This document shows positions 50,902-61,280 of a DNA stretch of 64,000 bases, piece after piece. Every line of letters begins with the position of its first letter. Position 1 is the first letter of the stretch. The stretch spans positions 248,001 to 312,000 of the IMG/VR virus record IMGVR_UViG_3300023179_005186; one strand, written 5' to 3'. A program made the position numbers and the translations under genes. The notes beneath the pieces were generated by a model. It saw nothing but the letters and a program-made list of their open reading frames with translations, did not search any database and was not told the origin of the DNA.

Positions 50902-52995
50902 CTATTTATATACTACATTATTTATTGGTATTTCTAAATAATATGAAGATCTTAAATTTAAATTAAATATTACATTTAATAAATCAACAGTTGATCTAAA
51001 ATCTATATTAGTAGACACGTTGATATGTGTTACATTTATTTCTAAAATTTTAACATTAATATACATTTTTATATAAGATTGTATGAATTTAGACTCATGA
51101 TTATACATATTTTTAATATAAGGATAAATCCAATTATTAATATTTTCTAATAATTGAATATGATTAGAATTTAAAGATCTAATATTTTTTAGAAATCTTA
51201 TTTTATTATTGGAATCGATTATAAATGGATAAATTTTTAAATACATTTCTTTTGGATTATTTATATTTTTCCATTCATCAGCCTTTGTTAAAATACACCC
51301 ACTATTATTCCAACGTTTATATTTATATATTTTATTTTCATCAGATCCTATTGATATATCTGTAAGTTCTTTAATATCAACTAATTGATTAATTTCTTTA
51401 AATATTTCTTCATCCTCACAATATATTTCATCTTTTTTATTAATTTTTAAAATGTTTTTTAATATATCTGTAATTGGATAATTTTTTTCTATAATTTTTT
51501 TTTTTAAGATATATTCTAAATTAGTTGAAATTTCACTTTCAGTTAATATACCATTAAGAATTAAATTTGATGAATAAAATTCATAAACTGAACTATTATA
51601 TGTATCATTACTAATTAATTTATCTATAACTAATTTAATATTTTTTCTTATATTTTGAGATAAATTATCATCAGGCTTAAAAGTATAAAATTTAGAATTA
51701 TGGATAAATTCAAACTTAAAATCATTTTTAATATATTTATCTGTATTTTTATGCGATAATCCAACTAAGTTGTTATTATCATAAATTTTTATTGTTTTAA
51801 TAGTTTCTACAGATGTAGATTCTATTTTTTTTAAATAATTTTGATATTCACTTGTTTTATATCTAGTTATAATTTCACAATTTCTATAATATTCTGAATC
51901 AATCTCTAAATTATAAATAACTTTATCTAAATCATGATTATCATACATTGTACTTAAAAAATTTTTAGAATCTACATGCGATACACCTATTCTAAAATAT
52001 TTTGATTTTAACATATTTTCAATATAAAAGCTTATATATTCTTGAGTTATTCCATATTTATTATTAAAAAATTCAAGAACTTTTAACTTAACATTTTTTA
52101 TAAATGTTAAATGTATTGATGATAAATTTCGAAGAGTTGGATTTTCTGGCCAAATTAAAGGACAAATATAAAATTCAAAATTTAATATTTGATCTAGATT
52201 TAAGTCAATCTTTTTATCATCATTTTTACAATATTTTAAATCACTGCTAGTACGAATTATTATAAAATTATTTGTTTCATCAATATAAAGAATACTTTTT
52301 TCATTACAATATTTTTCTAAATTTATTAAATTATCTTTATTTTTATGATATCCAGTAATTATATTTGAAATCCAATTCTCCTTTAATTCTATTTTTTCCT
52401 CTTTATAATTTTCATATTTTATTTCATAAAAATTAATCAGATCTAAATTTATATCATTTTGATTTATATATAATTTATTTAATGATGTATTTGTTGTAAT
52501 TAATTCTTTATTAATTTCAATTTGAGGATTTATATTAATTATATTCTCAATTGATGGTAATTTAGGTGATTTTGATAAATCTTTTGAATATGAAAATACT
52601 TTGTATAAAGTACCATTTAATACACATTCTACTTTGATTCCTGATTCTACTTTGATTCCTGATTCTAAATTTAAAACTTCAGATTTATTTTTTATTCTAA
52701 ATATATTTTGTGTTCTAGAAGATACAAAAGTATATTTAAACACATTTAATATATGTTTATCATATTTATTATCAGAAAAACTAATTTCAAACGGTTTAAT
52801 TAAAAAATAATTTGAAATATTTGAATTTTTAACTAAATCATTTAAATTTAAATCAAAATAATTAAATTTTTTTTTATTATTTCTACATTCAATATTTTCA
52901 GACTTTTTTGCTATAGTTTCTTCATTATATTTTTTTAAATTTGAAGAATTATAATTCCTTACTAAAAAGGAAAAGTTATTTTCAAAGTTTGTCAT
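50902..52995 (-). CDS. Tandem DcpS (scavenger decapping)-like domain protein lacking HIT triads
   Basis: LRNLSSIHLTFI...LDKVIYNLEIDSEYY and IRSLNSNHIQLLENI...LLNVIFNLNLRSSYY resemble the DcpS C-terminal domain. Confidence 0.6.
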   Translation of the reverse strand: MTNFENNFSFLVRNYNSSNLKKYNEETIAKKSENIECRNNKKKFNYFDLNLNDLVKNSNISNYFLIKPFEISFSDNKYDKHILNVFKYTFVSSRTQNIFRIKNKSEVLNLESGIKVESGIKVECVLNGTLYKVFSYSKDLSKSPKLPSIENIININPQIEINKELITTNTSLNKLYINQNDINLDLINFYEIKYENYKEEKIELKENWISNIITGYHKNKDNLINLEKYCNEKSILYIDETNNFIIIRTSSDLKYCKNDDKKIDLNLDQILNFEFYICPLIWPENPTLRNLSSIHLTFIKNVKLKVLEFFNNKYGITQEYISFYIENMLKSKYFRIGVSHVDSKNFLSTMYDNHDLDKVIYNLEIDSEYYRNCEIITRYKTSEYQNYLKKIESTSVETIKTIKIYDNNNLVGLSHKNTDKYIKNDFKFEFIHNSKFYTFKPDDNLSQNIRKNIKLVIDKLISNDTYNSSVYEFYSSNLILNGILTESEISTNLEYILKKKIIEKNYPITDILKNILKINKKDEIYCEDEEIFKEINQLVDIKELTDISIGSDENKIYKYKRWNNSGCILTKADEWKNINNPKEMYLKIYPFIIDSNNKIRFLKNIRSLNSNHIQLLENINNWIYPYIKNMYNHESKFIQSYIKMYINVKILEINVTHINVSTNIDFRSTVDLLNVIFNLNLRSSYYLEIPINNVVYK
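52627..52667. repeat. 18-bp tandem duplication
   Basis: ttctactttgattcctga twice plus ttcta; encodes ESGIKV twice. Confidence 0.85.
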
Positions 52996-53030
52996 ATTAT
53001 ATTGATTAATTATTTATATTATTCTAATTT

Positions 53031-53038
53031 TCAATTTT
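53031..53038 (-). promoter_or_regulatory. AAAATTGA early-promoter motif (representative copy)
   Basis: Also at 7243(-), 28379(+), 42285(-), 49471(-), 54563(-), 55436(+), 57746(-), 58474(-), 61230(-); each is intergenic and oriented toward a nearby start codon. Confidence 0.7.
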
Positions 53039-53132
53039 TCTATATATAGCTATTATTTTTTACAAATATATCATCAGTGTTAAATATAATAATATGATTT
53101 TAATAAAAATAAATTGTATAAATATAATATAA

Positions 53133-53273
53133 ATGGATGATATTAATATAAATAATATAAATGATTTAGATTCAATTCATAATAATTACTATTTAGTACT
53201 TTATCTAATAATTATTATTATAATATTCTTTTCAATTAAATTGATAAGTTATTATACTTGTAATATATCATAA
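53133..53273 (+). CDS. 46-aa single-TM microprotein; not in the ORF track
   Basis: MDDININNINDLDSIHNNYYLVLYLIIIIIIFFSIKLISYYTCNIS*. Confidence 0.5.
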   Translation: MDDININNINDLDSIHNNYYLVLYLIIIIIIFFSIKLISYYTCNIS

Positions 53274-53330
53274 AATTAATATTAAATAAATTTATTATAA
53301 AATAATTTTCAATATATAATTATATATATA

Positions 53331-53555
53331 ATGGTTAAATATTTAATTCAAAATGATAATAAATCAGATTGTGAAATGGATCTAACTACTTGGATTATAG
53401 TAATTATACTTGTTTTAAGCTTAATATATTATTTAATGAATATGTTTGCTAAAAAAAAGAATCCAGATGGTACTCCAGTTAAAAATAATTCTAAAATGAA
53501 TTGGTTAGTAATTATTGCACTACTTGTATCAGCAATTTATCTTATTTTAACATAA
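53331..53555 (+). CDS. Small two-TM protein
   Basis: Two hydrophobic helices separated by a basic loop. Confidence 0.6.
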   Translation: MVKYLIQNDNKSDCEMDLTTWIIVIILVLSLIYYLMNMFAKKKNPDGTPVKNNSKMNWLVIIALLVSAIYLILT

Positions 53556-53557
53556 AT

Positions 53558-54526
53558 TTAATTATCAACAATAGTTATATTTTTAGCAATATTGCAATAT
53601 TTACTATATTTTGGTGGATTTATACCTAATTTAATTAACTCATAAATTATTTTATTATTATCATAAGCAATATTTTCATAATTATTAGTTAAATGAATTA
53701 ATTTTTCTTTAATTTTATAATTACTGTAAGAATATTTTAATAAAATTATTTTTTTAAAAATAAATTTAAATAATTTATAGTTAGCTAATTCAATTAGTTT
53801 ACAAATAATATCATCAATAGCATATTTATTAATTAAAATATCTGAATTAATAATTTCAAATAAATAATATATTATTTCTATTTTTTTATTTTTAATTAAC
53901 TCTAATAATATTATTAATTTATAATTATTATTAATTTTCTCAATTAGTAAGTTTTTAAAATCATCAATACTAAAATTAAATTTTTTTAAAATTCTATTTA
54001 AATTTTCTAAATCTGCATATCCTAAAAATAAATAATCATAAATTATTTTCTTTTTTATCAAAATATCTAATATTAACATATCATTTTCTATTAGCCAATA
54101 ATATACATTTTTATCACAAATTTCTTTAATTTGTAATTTATTACAATTTATAGAATTATTATTAATTCCATTATTTTTTCTAAACTCTATATAACTTTTT
54201 ACAAATCTTATATTCTTTTTTAAAATAAATTTATTTAAATATTCTTTTTTTAATAAAATATTATTAAAATTAGGATTATACTCATTTATTACTTCTATAA
54301 ATTGATTAAAATAAATTTCACCAGAAAAATCAGTAATAAATCTTGTAATCAATTCTTCTTTGGATAAAGGTATTCTTTTCATCATATATTTAAACATATC
54401 AATTTGTTCATCACTTAAAATTGTTGTATATATTCTATGTTTATAATTAGATAATTTAGATGTTGGTAATAAATCAAAATAGGTTTCATACCCATCAGAC
54501 AAATAATCTAAAAACGAAATATCCAT
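53558..54526 (-). CDS. Hypothetical helical-repeat (degenerate ankyrin-like) protein
   Basis: IKNKKIEIIYYLFE, ELANYKLFKFI; AAAATTGA upstream. Confidence 0.45.
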   Translation of the reverse strand: MDISFLDYLSDGYETYFDLLPTSKLSNYKHRIYTTILSDEQIDMFKYMMKRIPLSKEELITRFITDFSGEIYFNQFIEVINEYNPNFNNILLKKEYLNKFILKKNIRFVKSYIEFRKNNGINNNSINCNKLQIKEICDKNVYYWLIENDMLILDILIKKKIIYDYLFLGYADLENLNRILKKFNFSIDDFKNLLIEKINNNYKLIILLELIKNKKIEIIYYLFEIINSDILINKYAIDDIICKLIELANYKLFKFIFKKIILLKYSYSNYKIKEKLIHLTNNYENIAYDNNKIIYELIKLGINPPKYSKYCNIAKNITIVDN

Positions 54527-54592
54527 TTTATATTAGAATACATTTCAAATATAATAATAATATCAATTTTTATATAATATATAGGATAATAT

Positions 54593-55027
54593 ATGGAAAA
54601 ATCTACTGTTTTTTATGAAAATGTTGAAGAAGAAACCAAAAAAAATGATTTATACAGAAAAGTTGTTTATACTGGAAAACAACAATTTGTATATATGAGT
54701 ATTGAACCAAACGATGGTATCCACCTAGAAACACATCCGGATCATGATCAGTTTATAAGGATAGAAGAAGGCAAAGGAGTAGCAATTATTGATGATAAAG
54801 TACACAAATTATTCGATGGTATAGGTATAATAATTCCAGCAGGATGTAAACATGAAATAAAAAATACTAGTTCTAAAAAAAAATTAAAATTATATTCTAT
54901 CTATTCACCTCCAGAACATGATAAAGATAGAATTGATAAAACAAATCCAGATAAAACAAATGTAAATTTACAAAAAAAATACTTAAAATATAAAAAAAAG
55001 TATTTTTCACTTAAAGAAAAATTTTAA
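54593..55027 (+). CDS. Cupin domain protein with a KYLKYK tail
   Basis: ETHPDHDQFIRIEEG, IIPAGCKHEIKN, LYSIYSPPEH; C-terminal KKYLKYKKKY. Confidence 0.85.
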   Translation: MEKSTVFYENVEEETKKNDLYRKVVYTGKQQFVYMSIEPNDGIHLETHPDHDQFIRIEEGKGVAIIDDKVHKLFDGIGIIIPAGCKHEIKNTSSKKKLKLYSIYSPPEHDKDRIDKTNPDKTNVNLQKKYLKYKKKYFSLKEKF

Positions 55028-55425
55028 CATCTTGGAGGTCTTACTAATGTAACATTACCTGAAACTTTTTGAAATTTTTTAGAATCATAATAACAAAAAG
55101 AGTGAATAACAACACAGTTATCTTTAAAATAAGTTGTTGAGAAACCATTACCAACATTACTAGGTGTATCAATACTTTTAGTTTTATTATTATAAAAACC
55201 AAATAATGAATATAATTCTCTTCCTTCTAAACTACCAATAGAAAGTTTATAGTTATTTTTACTAATTTCAGTAACTTCTACTCTAACTTCTGTTTCTGAA
55301 GTATTAACACTATCATTACTTTCAATTACAGTAACTAAACCTTTACCAACCCAAGGACCAACAAATTCCATATATAATTTACATATATATAAAAATATTT
55401 TATATGGTTTATAAAAAATTATCAT
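55024..55425 (-). CDS. Hypothetical beta-rich protein (likely start at MEFVGPW)
   Basis: ORF track. Confidence 0.5.
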   Translation of the reverse strand: MIIFYKPYKIFLYICKLYMEFVGPWVGKGLVTVIESNDSVNTSETEVRVEVTEISKNNYKLSIGSLEGRELYSLFGFYNNKTKSIDTPSNVGNGFSTTYFKDNCVVIHSFCYYDSKKFQKVSGNVTLVRPPRC

Positions 55426-55497
55426 TCAATTATAAAAAATTGAATATCTTATATTATTAAATATTTAATATAATATTTTTACTAATTCTTAATTAAA

Positions 55498-56118
55498 ATG
55501 AGTATTATAAGTAATTATTCATTTTTAAATATATTTGTAAATAAAAGCAATGAAAATCTAATAGATTTTGATGATAATAAAAATTATAATGATTTTATTA
55601 ATTTTAATTATTATAAACCTAAAAAAACAACGCCAATACCAATTCCTTTACCATTAAAAGACATTAATACTACAATAAAAAAATTATCTTTATTAATTTT
55701 GTATGATAACAATATTTTAGTTGGTATTGCAAAAGATAAACTAATTTTACCAAATTCTGAAATATATTCTTGTAATTTTAATAAAGAAATTATTAGAATA
55801 ATGAATGAAGATCTAGGGATAAAGGAAACATTTGAATATAATATTATATATAAATATAAAAGTAATTCTCATTATTATATTAATTTTAAGAGTAAACCTT
55901 TTATAAATGGACCAATTGAATCTAAACAAAAAAATTATGAACAATCAAATCAATTAATAAAAGATTTTGAAAGTGAATTAATTTTAAATTATAATGGATA
56001 TAATTCTGGATTATGTTGGGTACCAATTAAAGAAATCATTAATTCAAATAATAAATATGTTGTCGAATCGTCATATGTAAAAGTAATTAGTTATTATTAT
56101 CATCAATTTATTATTTAA
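55498..56118 (+). CDS. Hypothetical protein, possible degenerate NUDIX fold
   Basis: ILVG...LILP...IRIMNEDLGI...WVPIKEI echoes NUDIX spacing without the catalytic Glu pattern. Confidence 0.4.
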   Translation: MSIISNYSFLNIFVNKSNENLIDFDDNKNYNDFINFNYYKPKKTTPIPIPLPLKDINTTIKKLSLLILYDNNILVGIAKDKLILPNSEIYSCNFNKEIIRIMNEDLGIKETFEYNIIYKYKSNSHYYINFKSKPFINGPIESKQKNYEQSNQLIKDFESELILNYNGYNSGLCWVPIKEIINSNNKYVVESSYVKVISYYYHQFII

Positions 56119-56146
56119 TAAATTATAATTTCTTTATTATATTATA

Positions 56147-56800
56147 ATGATTCAAGAATCTGCAAATATTTCTTTATTTATACAATTTATAACTGGTATA
56201 ATTGATTTTTACGGGTTAAGTATTGATGTACCAGAAGATAAACAAATCTTTAAAGAATTATTAAAAATTGAACTAGGTGTACAGACTGTAGAATTTTTCT
56301 ATTATTATTGGATGGTAAATAATTTATCATCTTCTAAAAATATAACTCCTACTAGATATTTTGATTGGATTATAACAACTCCAACAATGTTGGTTACTTT
56401 AATGGCATATTTAGATACAGGTAATACAAAAAATATAAATTCATTTATTAAATCTAATGAAAATATTATTGTAGAAGTTATTGTTCTAAATCTTTTAATG
56501 TTAATTTTTGGATTAATTAGTGAAATAAATCTATTAAATACAAAAACTGCAGTTGCGTTAGGATTTATTCCATTCGCATTATACTTTAAAATTATTTATG
56601 ATAAATATATTACTAAAGATAGTACAATTGATCAAATTGGAATGTATGTATTTTTTGTTATAAGTTGGTCAATGTATGGAATAGCTGCTTTATTGTCTTA
56701 CGATAAAAAAAACACTATGTATAATATTTTAGATTTATTTGCTAAAAACTTTTTAGGTATTTTCTTAGTATATATACTTTGGACCAATAGAATCAAATAA
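56147..56800 (+). CDS. Viral (type 1) rhodopsin, DTT motif, group-1-like
   Basis: 7 TM; RYFDWIITTPTMLVT (helix C); WSMYG; YNILDLFAKN with the retinal lysine. Confidence 0.93.
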   Translation: MIQESANISLFIQFITGIIDFYGLSIDVPEDKQIFKELLKIELGVQTVEFFYYYWMVNNLSSSKNITPTRYFDWIITTPTMLVTLMAYLDTGNTKNINSFIKSNENIIVEVIVLNLLMLIFGLISEINLLNTKTAVALGFIPFALYFKIIYDKYITKDSTIDQIGMYVFFVISWSMYGIAALLSYDKKNTMYNILDLFAKNFLGIFLVYILWTNRIK

Positions 56801-56802
56801 TT

Positions 56803-57459
56803 TTAATTATACTCTCTAAAATATTTTAATGAATAAAAAGTAGTGTTTTTAACAATTATTTTTAAATGTTTTTTATCTAATAAATTAATAAATTGTTCAG
56901 TTAAATATCTTTCATTAATAAAATTTAATCCAGTATCAGCAAGTTCATCTTTTGAAATATTTTTAATAGCATCTTTTCTTAAAATACTAAATCTAATTAT
57001 ATAAATAATTATATTTTTATAATCAATAAAATCATTTTCATCCTTAGGAATAAATCTTTTAATTCCTTCTAAAACTGAATAAACTTTATCTATTAAATTA
57101 TCTTCTAATGTATCCACTTCTAATTCTTTTTTTAATAATTCAAAATCGTCTTTAGTTGGTACTGAAAGAAAATCATCATAACTAATTTCAATAATATCTT
57201 CTGAATCAAAACAATAATTATCCCAAATAACTTGTTTATTAACTTTATAAAATTCATTAATAATATTTATAATATCCAAAGAATAAATTTCTTCTGATAT
57301 ATTTTCCTCAATATATTTTTCTTTTAACTCATGTATAAAGTTATCAAAAAAATTATTATTTTCAATACAAATACCAGATTTAACTTTAGTGATATAATCT
57401 TTTTGATAATTTTCAATTATTTCACAAATTTTTGGAGGATAAGAATAAAATTCACTCAT
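56803..57459 (-). CDS. Hypothetical protein
   Basis: 218 aa ORF. Confidence 0.55.
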   Translation of the reverse strand: MSEFYSYPPKICEIIENYQKDYITKVKSGICIENNNFFDNFIHELKEKYIEENISEEIYSLDIINIINEFYKVNKQVIWDNYCFDSEDIIEISYDDFLSVPTKDDFELLKKELEVDTLEDNLIDKVYSVLEGIKRFIPKDENDFIDYKNIIIYIIRFSILRKDAIKNISKDELADTGLNFINERYLTEQFINLLDKKHLKIIVKNTTFYSLKYFREYN

Positions 57460-57510
57460 TTTAATATATTAAATAAAAATATTAAAAATTTATAAATAAA
57501 ACACAATAAT

Positions 57511-57708
57511 TTAGTTATTTATATAATAAAAATTATCATTTTCACAATATGTTTTTCTACAAAATTGTCTAGGATTAGTTGGACCCATATCTTGACCACA
57601 TATAATACAATGCCATGAATCAGTTAAAATATTATATCCTCTTATTACAATTACTTTTTTTTCCATAATTGATTTATAAAATTCAGTAATTAATGTCTGT
57701 CGTTTCAT
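57511..57708 (-). CDS. Small four-Cys zinc-binding protein
   Basis: WHCIICGQDMGPTNPRQFCRKTYC; AAAATTGA upstream. Confidence 0.7.
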   Translation of the reverse strand: MKRQTLITEFYKSIMEKKVIVIRGYNILTDSWHCIICGQDMGPTNPRQFCRKTYCENDNFYYINN

Positions 57709-57818
57709 AATTATTATTATTTATATAATTATAATTAATTATTTTTCAATTTTTATATTAAATTTTAGTGTAATATACCAACCAGTCATATTATATTTTA
57801 TATAATTATTATATATAA

Positions 57819-58079
57819 ATGCCAAATTGTAGTTGTCAAAATTCAAAAATTAATACTAAATACAATAATCAATTAGTTGATTCTGTACCTACTTGTTCTT
57901 GTAGATTAAAAAAATTATCTAAACATATATCCAATAAAAAATACAAATGCTCTAAAGATATTTATATTCCATTTCCAGTAACTAATAATTATTGTGATGG
58001 ACCAAAAGTGTTAGGTATATCACAAGGAAATGTTGAAATTGCATCTAAAGCTTGTGATAACATTAATGATTATTATTAG
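57819..58079 (+). CDS. Small Cys-rich protein
   Basis: CSC twice, 7 Cys in total. Confidence 0.55.
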   Translation: MPNCSCQNSKINTKYNNQLVDSVPTCSCRLKKLSKHISNKKYKCSKDIYIPFPVTNNYCDGPKVLGISQGNVEIASKACDNINDYY

Positions 58080-58099
58080 ATTTTATAAATAAAATTAAT

Positions 58100-58435
58100 T
58101 TAATCAATACATTTATCATAAATTATATAAGAATTTAATTTTTTTTCATCTATTTTGTACCAATTAAATTTATTTTTTTTTACATAAATTATAATTAAAC
58201 CATATTTTTTTGAATTATAAAGATAATAATAATAATTTAAGGTTTTATATAAGAACATAAAAGTTTCTGATATTTGTTTAATTGTATTAAACAGTTGATA
58301 TTCAGTATAAGATAATTCAATATGATTTAATAATGGATAAAATTTACTTTCTTTAATATTCATTTTTTCTATTGTAATAATGTAATTTTTAATTTCTTTT
58401 TTATTAAAATTTTCAATATATTTTTGAAAATCCAT
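58100..58435 (-). CDS. Hypothetical protein
   Basis: 111 aa ORF; AAAATTGA upstream. Confidence 0.5.
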   Translation of the reverse strand: MDFQKYIENFNKKEIKNYIITIEKMNIKESKFYPLLNHIELSYTEYQLFNTIKQISETFMFLYKTLNYYYYLYNSKKYGLIIIYVKKNKFNWYKIDEKKLNSYIIYDKCID

Positions 58436-58547
58436 TTTTTTTCTTATAATAAATTAAATAATTAAAATATTATTCAATTTTTATTTATTAGTAATCTCTA
58501 ATGTGTTTTTTTTTTAAATATATTTTATTTTATAAATTTAATGAAAA

Positions 58548-59003
58548 ATGAAAAATAATAAAAAACTTAGTAACATTAAAATATTAATTAAAAATGATAT
58601 TTTAATATTAAATTTTAAAAATAATTTTTCGCTTATGAATGCTATTCTTGATCCTATATCTAATATATACGAGGAAACATATTATAATAGAATTGGTCAT
58701 AATTTTCCTTCTGAATATATTCCTAACAATCATATTTTATCTCAATACAAAAATAAATGTAAATATGTAATTGGTATATCAAATTATAAAGATTTATCTC
58801 ATGAACTAGCACATGCAAAATTTTATTTAGATAGTGATTATAGGAATAAAATTATTATTGAGTGGAATAGCTTAGATTTATATAAACAAAATTATTTATA
58901 TAATTTCCTTAAAAAATTAGGATATTCGGATAAAGTAATAATTGATGAATATCAAGCATATAAATATACTGAACCACATAATTTTTTTGGTATAAAATTA
59001 TAA
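58548..59003 (+). CDS. Small HExxH putative zinc metallopeptidase
   Basis: SHELAHAKFY and a downstream IDEYQAY third ligand. Confidence 0.6.
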   Translation: MKNNKKLSNIKILIKNDILILNFKNNFSLMNAILDPISNIYEETYYNRIGHNFPSEYIPNNHILSQYKNKCKYVIGISNYKDLSHELAHAKFYLDSDYRNKIIIEWNSLDLYKQNYLYNFLKKLGYSDKVIIDEYQAYKYTEPHNFFGIKL

Positions 59004-59034
59004 AAAGTTTTTGTATATATAAATTAAAAACTGA

Positions 59035-59286
59035 ATGAATAAAAAATCATTATATTATAAATTTTTATTATGTTTAATACATTTTTTTCAAATGAATTTA
59101 GGTAAAGAAGATTGTGAAGATATAAATTATAATAATTATAATTGTAATAATTTACAAGAAGATCTTATAACTGAACCAAAAATTAATAATTTAGATAATA
59201 TTTCTGACAGATTTTATAGTGTAGATTTAGAGGATAAATGTTATAATAAAAATAATTTGAATTCAAACATAATTTATAATTATTAA
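59035..59286 (+). CDS. Hypothetical protein
   Basis: 83 aa ORF. Confidence 0.4.
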   Translation: MNKKSLYYKFLLCLIHFFQMNLGKEDCEDINYNNYNCNNLQEDLITEPKINNLDNISDRFYSVDLEDKCYNKNNLNSNIIYNY

Positions 59287-59807
59287 TTAACTTTTTTATG
59301 TAATAATAAAGATTTTTTATATATTTTTATTGCTTCTTCTTTATCAAAAATATTACCTATTTTTACTTCTTTTTTTTCTAAATCTTTATAATGTTTATAA
59401 AAATAAATAACTTTTTCAATAAATAATGCAGGTAAATCATTAATTGAATTAATTTTTGATTCATTTGGTGATACTTTTTTAGATGGTACTAGAATTAATT
59501 TAGCATCTTCACCTTTTTCATCAGATGTTTCTAAACATCCAATAATTCTACATTTTATATAACAACCTGGTATTAATTCTTGTTCCATATAAATTAATGC
59601 ATCTAATGGATCACCATCACCACTTAATGTTTGTGGAATAAAACCATAATTAAATGGAAATAAAAAAGGTGTGTACAAAATTCGGTCACAAATAATTGTA
59701 TTTAAAATTGGATCAAATTCATATTTAATATTACTATTTTTAGCAATTTCAACATAAACTAATACTTCATCAGGATTAATTTCATTAATAAAACTTAATT
59801 CTTCCAT
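59283..59807 (-). CDS. ppa: Family I inorganic pyrophosphatase
   Basis: KYEFD, DR, NYGFIPQTLSGDGDPLD, DEKGEDAK, YKDLE. Confidence 0.95.
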   Translation of the reverse strand: MEELSFINEINPDEVLVYVEIAKNSNIKYEFDPILNTIICDRILYTPFLFPFNYGFIPQTLSGDGDPLDALIYMEQELIPGCYIKCRIIGCLETSDEKGEDAKLILVPSKKVSPNESKINSINDLPALFIEKVIYFYKHYKDLEKKEVKIGNIFDKEEAIKIYKKSLLLHKKVN

Positions 59808-59839
59808 TTTTATATACTATTATATAAATTATTTTTAAA

Positions 59840-60679
59840 TTATTTGCACAAGTTTTGAATACCTTTTGAATATGCATAAGGACTATTACCATCAGGACTA
59901 GTTGAATCAATATCAGCATCCCATGTCATTACTCCTAATAAACCTTTATCAATTGCAAAAGTTGTTAAATTAAGAGCATCTTCTAAACTTAAGTTTCTAT
60001 TCATATCATCTGATCCAGGCATTAATCCAAGAATCATTTTACTAGGATCAACTTTCCAATTATCTAAATAAAAATTTAAATCATATTCTATTTGATTAGA
60101 ATATGTAGATCCAGATTCAACCCATAAATCATATTCCATTGGTTGCCAAGCTGATAAATTTCCAATTGTAAGATTAAGTAAAGTTTGTTGATAACATCCT
60201 GTAGCCCATGCTTGGGCAGGTGTAGTTAAACTTATATATAATCCAGAATTTAGATTTCTTAAAGTATTTATTAGAGATGCTGCTTGTAATGCAAAATCAG
60301 ATGGTACCACAGAATATGAATCTTCTATATCAAAGTCAACACCATCAAATCCACATTTTTGAACTATTTCATTTATATTTGAAGCTAAATCGCCTGGTCT
60401 TAAATATAAATCAGAGTTAGCAAATGGATAAGTTGCACCACCAACTGATAAACTAATTTTACTACCATGAGAATGAACTAAATTAGTAATTTCTTGAACT
60501 TCATTCATTGATATATTACCAAATCCTGGAATATAATCAGTTGAATCAAAATTAAAGCTTGCAAAAGCTAAAATAATTCTAGTTTCAGAATTCAAAACAG
60601 AATTATTTATCATATCTTGAACTTGTATCAATGGATCAGTTCCCCAAGTTGTAACGTAAGTAGAATAAGTTAAAGTCAT
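59840..60679 (-). CDS. GH18 chitinase catalytic domain
   Basis: LAFA, LSVGGA, FDGVDFDIE (DxDxE), MEYD, GVMTW. Confidence 0.9.
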   Translation of the reverse strand: MTLTYSTYVTTWGTDPLIQVQDMINNSVLNSETRIILAFASFNFDSTDYIPGFGNISMNEVQEITNLVHSHGSKISLSVGGATYPFANSDLYLRPGDLASNINEIVQKCGFDGVDFDIEDSYSVVPSDFALQAASLINTLRNLNSGLYISLTTPAQAWATGCYQQTLLNLTIGNLSAWQPMEYDLWVESGSTYSNQIEYDLNFYLDNWKVDPSKMILGLMPGSDDMNRNLSLEDALNLTTFAIDKGLLGVMTWDADIDSTSPDGNSPYAYSKGIQNLCK

Positions 60680-60713
60680 TATAAATTATATATTTATAAT
60701 AAAAAATTTATGT

Positions 60714-61178
60714 TTAAAAAAATATTTTTTTATAAAATTCATTAATATCACCTAAAAATTTGTTATCATCAAAAATCCACGAGTCATTGTCATATAAATA
60801 TTTTGGATCATTAATATATTTTTTATATATTAAATCTAATGTTTCTTTTGAAAATGAATTTTTATTTATAAATATTCCTGTTTTTTCATTATGTTTCATA
60901 TCTTCAATTAATAAATAATTTTTATGATTTTTAGGTCCTATTATATAATAAAATGGCTTATATTTGTCTATCAATTCTAAATTTATTAAATCAGCATCAT
61001 AATGTATATATGTTTCAAATAAATCTTTATCTAAATTAAAAAATTTTTTAGAATTTTTTTCTGGTAAACTATCACTATCACATAAAAGATTTAATCTAAA
61101 TTTTTTTAAATTATTATTTTTAACAAAAAATGTACTTACAAATATTATATTTAATAAAATAAATAATATTATTAGCAT
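60714..61178 (-). CDS. Hypothetical protein with a signal peptide
   Basis: Hydrophobic N-terminus followed by a basic N/K/F-rich stretch. Confidence 0.55.
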   Translation of the reverse strand: MLIILFILLNIIFVSTFFVKNNNLKKFRLNLLCDSDSLPEKNSKKFFNLDKDLFETYIHYDADLINLELIDKYKPFYYIIGPKNHKNYLLIEDMKHNEKTGIFINKNSFSKETLDLIYKKYINDPKYLYDNDSWIFDDNKFLGDINEFYKKIFF

Positions 61179-61280
61179 TATTATTTAATATATTTATTTT
61201 TATTTTTAACTATTTTTAATAATTAAATTTCAATTTTTTATAAATTTGATAAAAAGAATATAATAATTTATATATATAAA

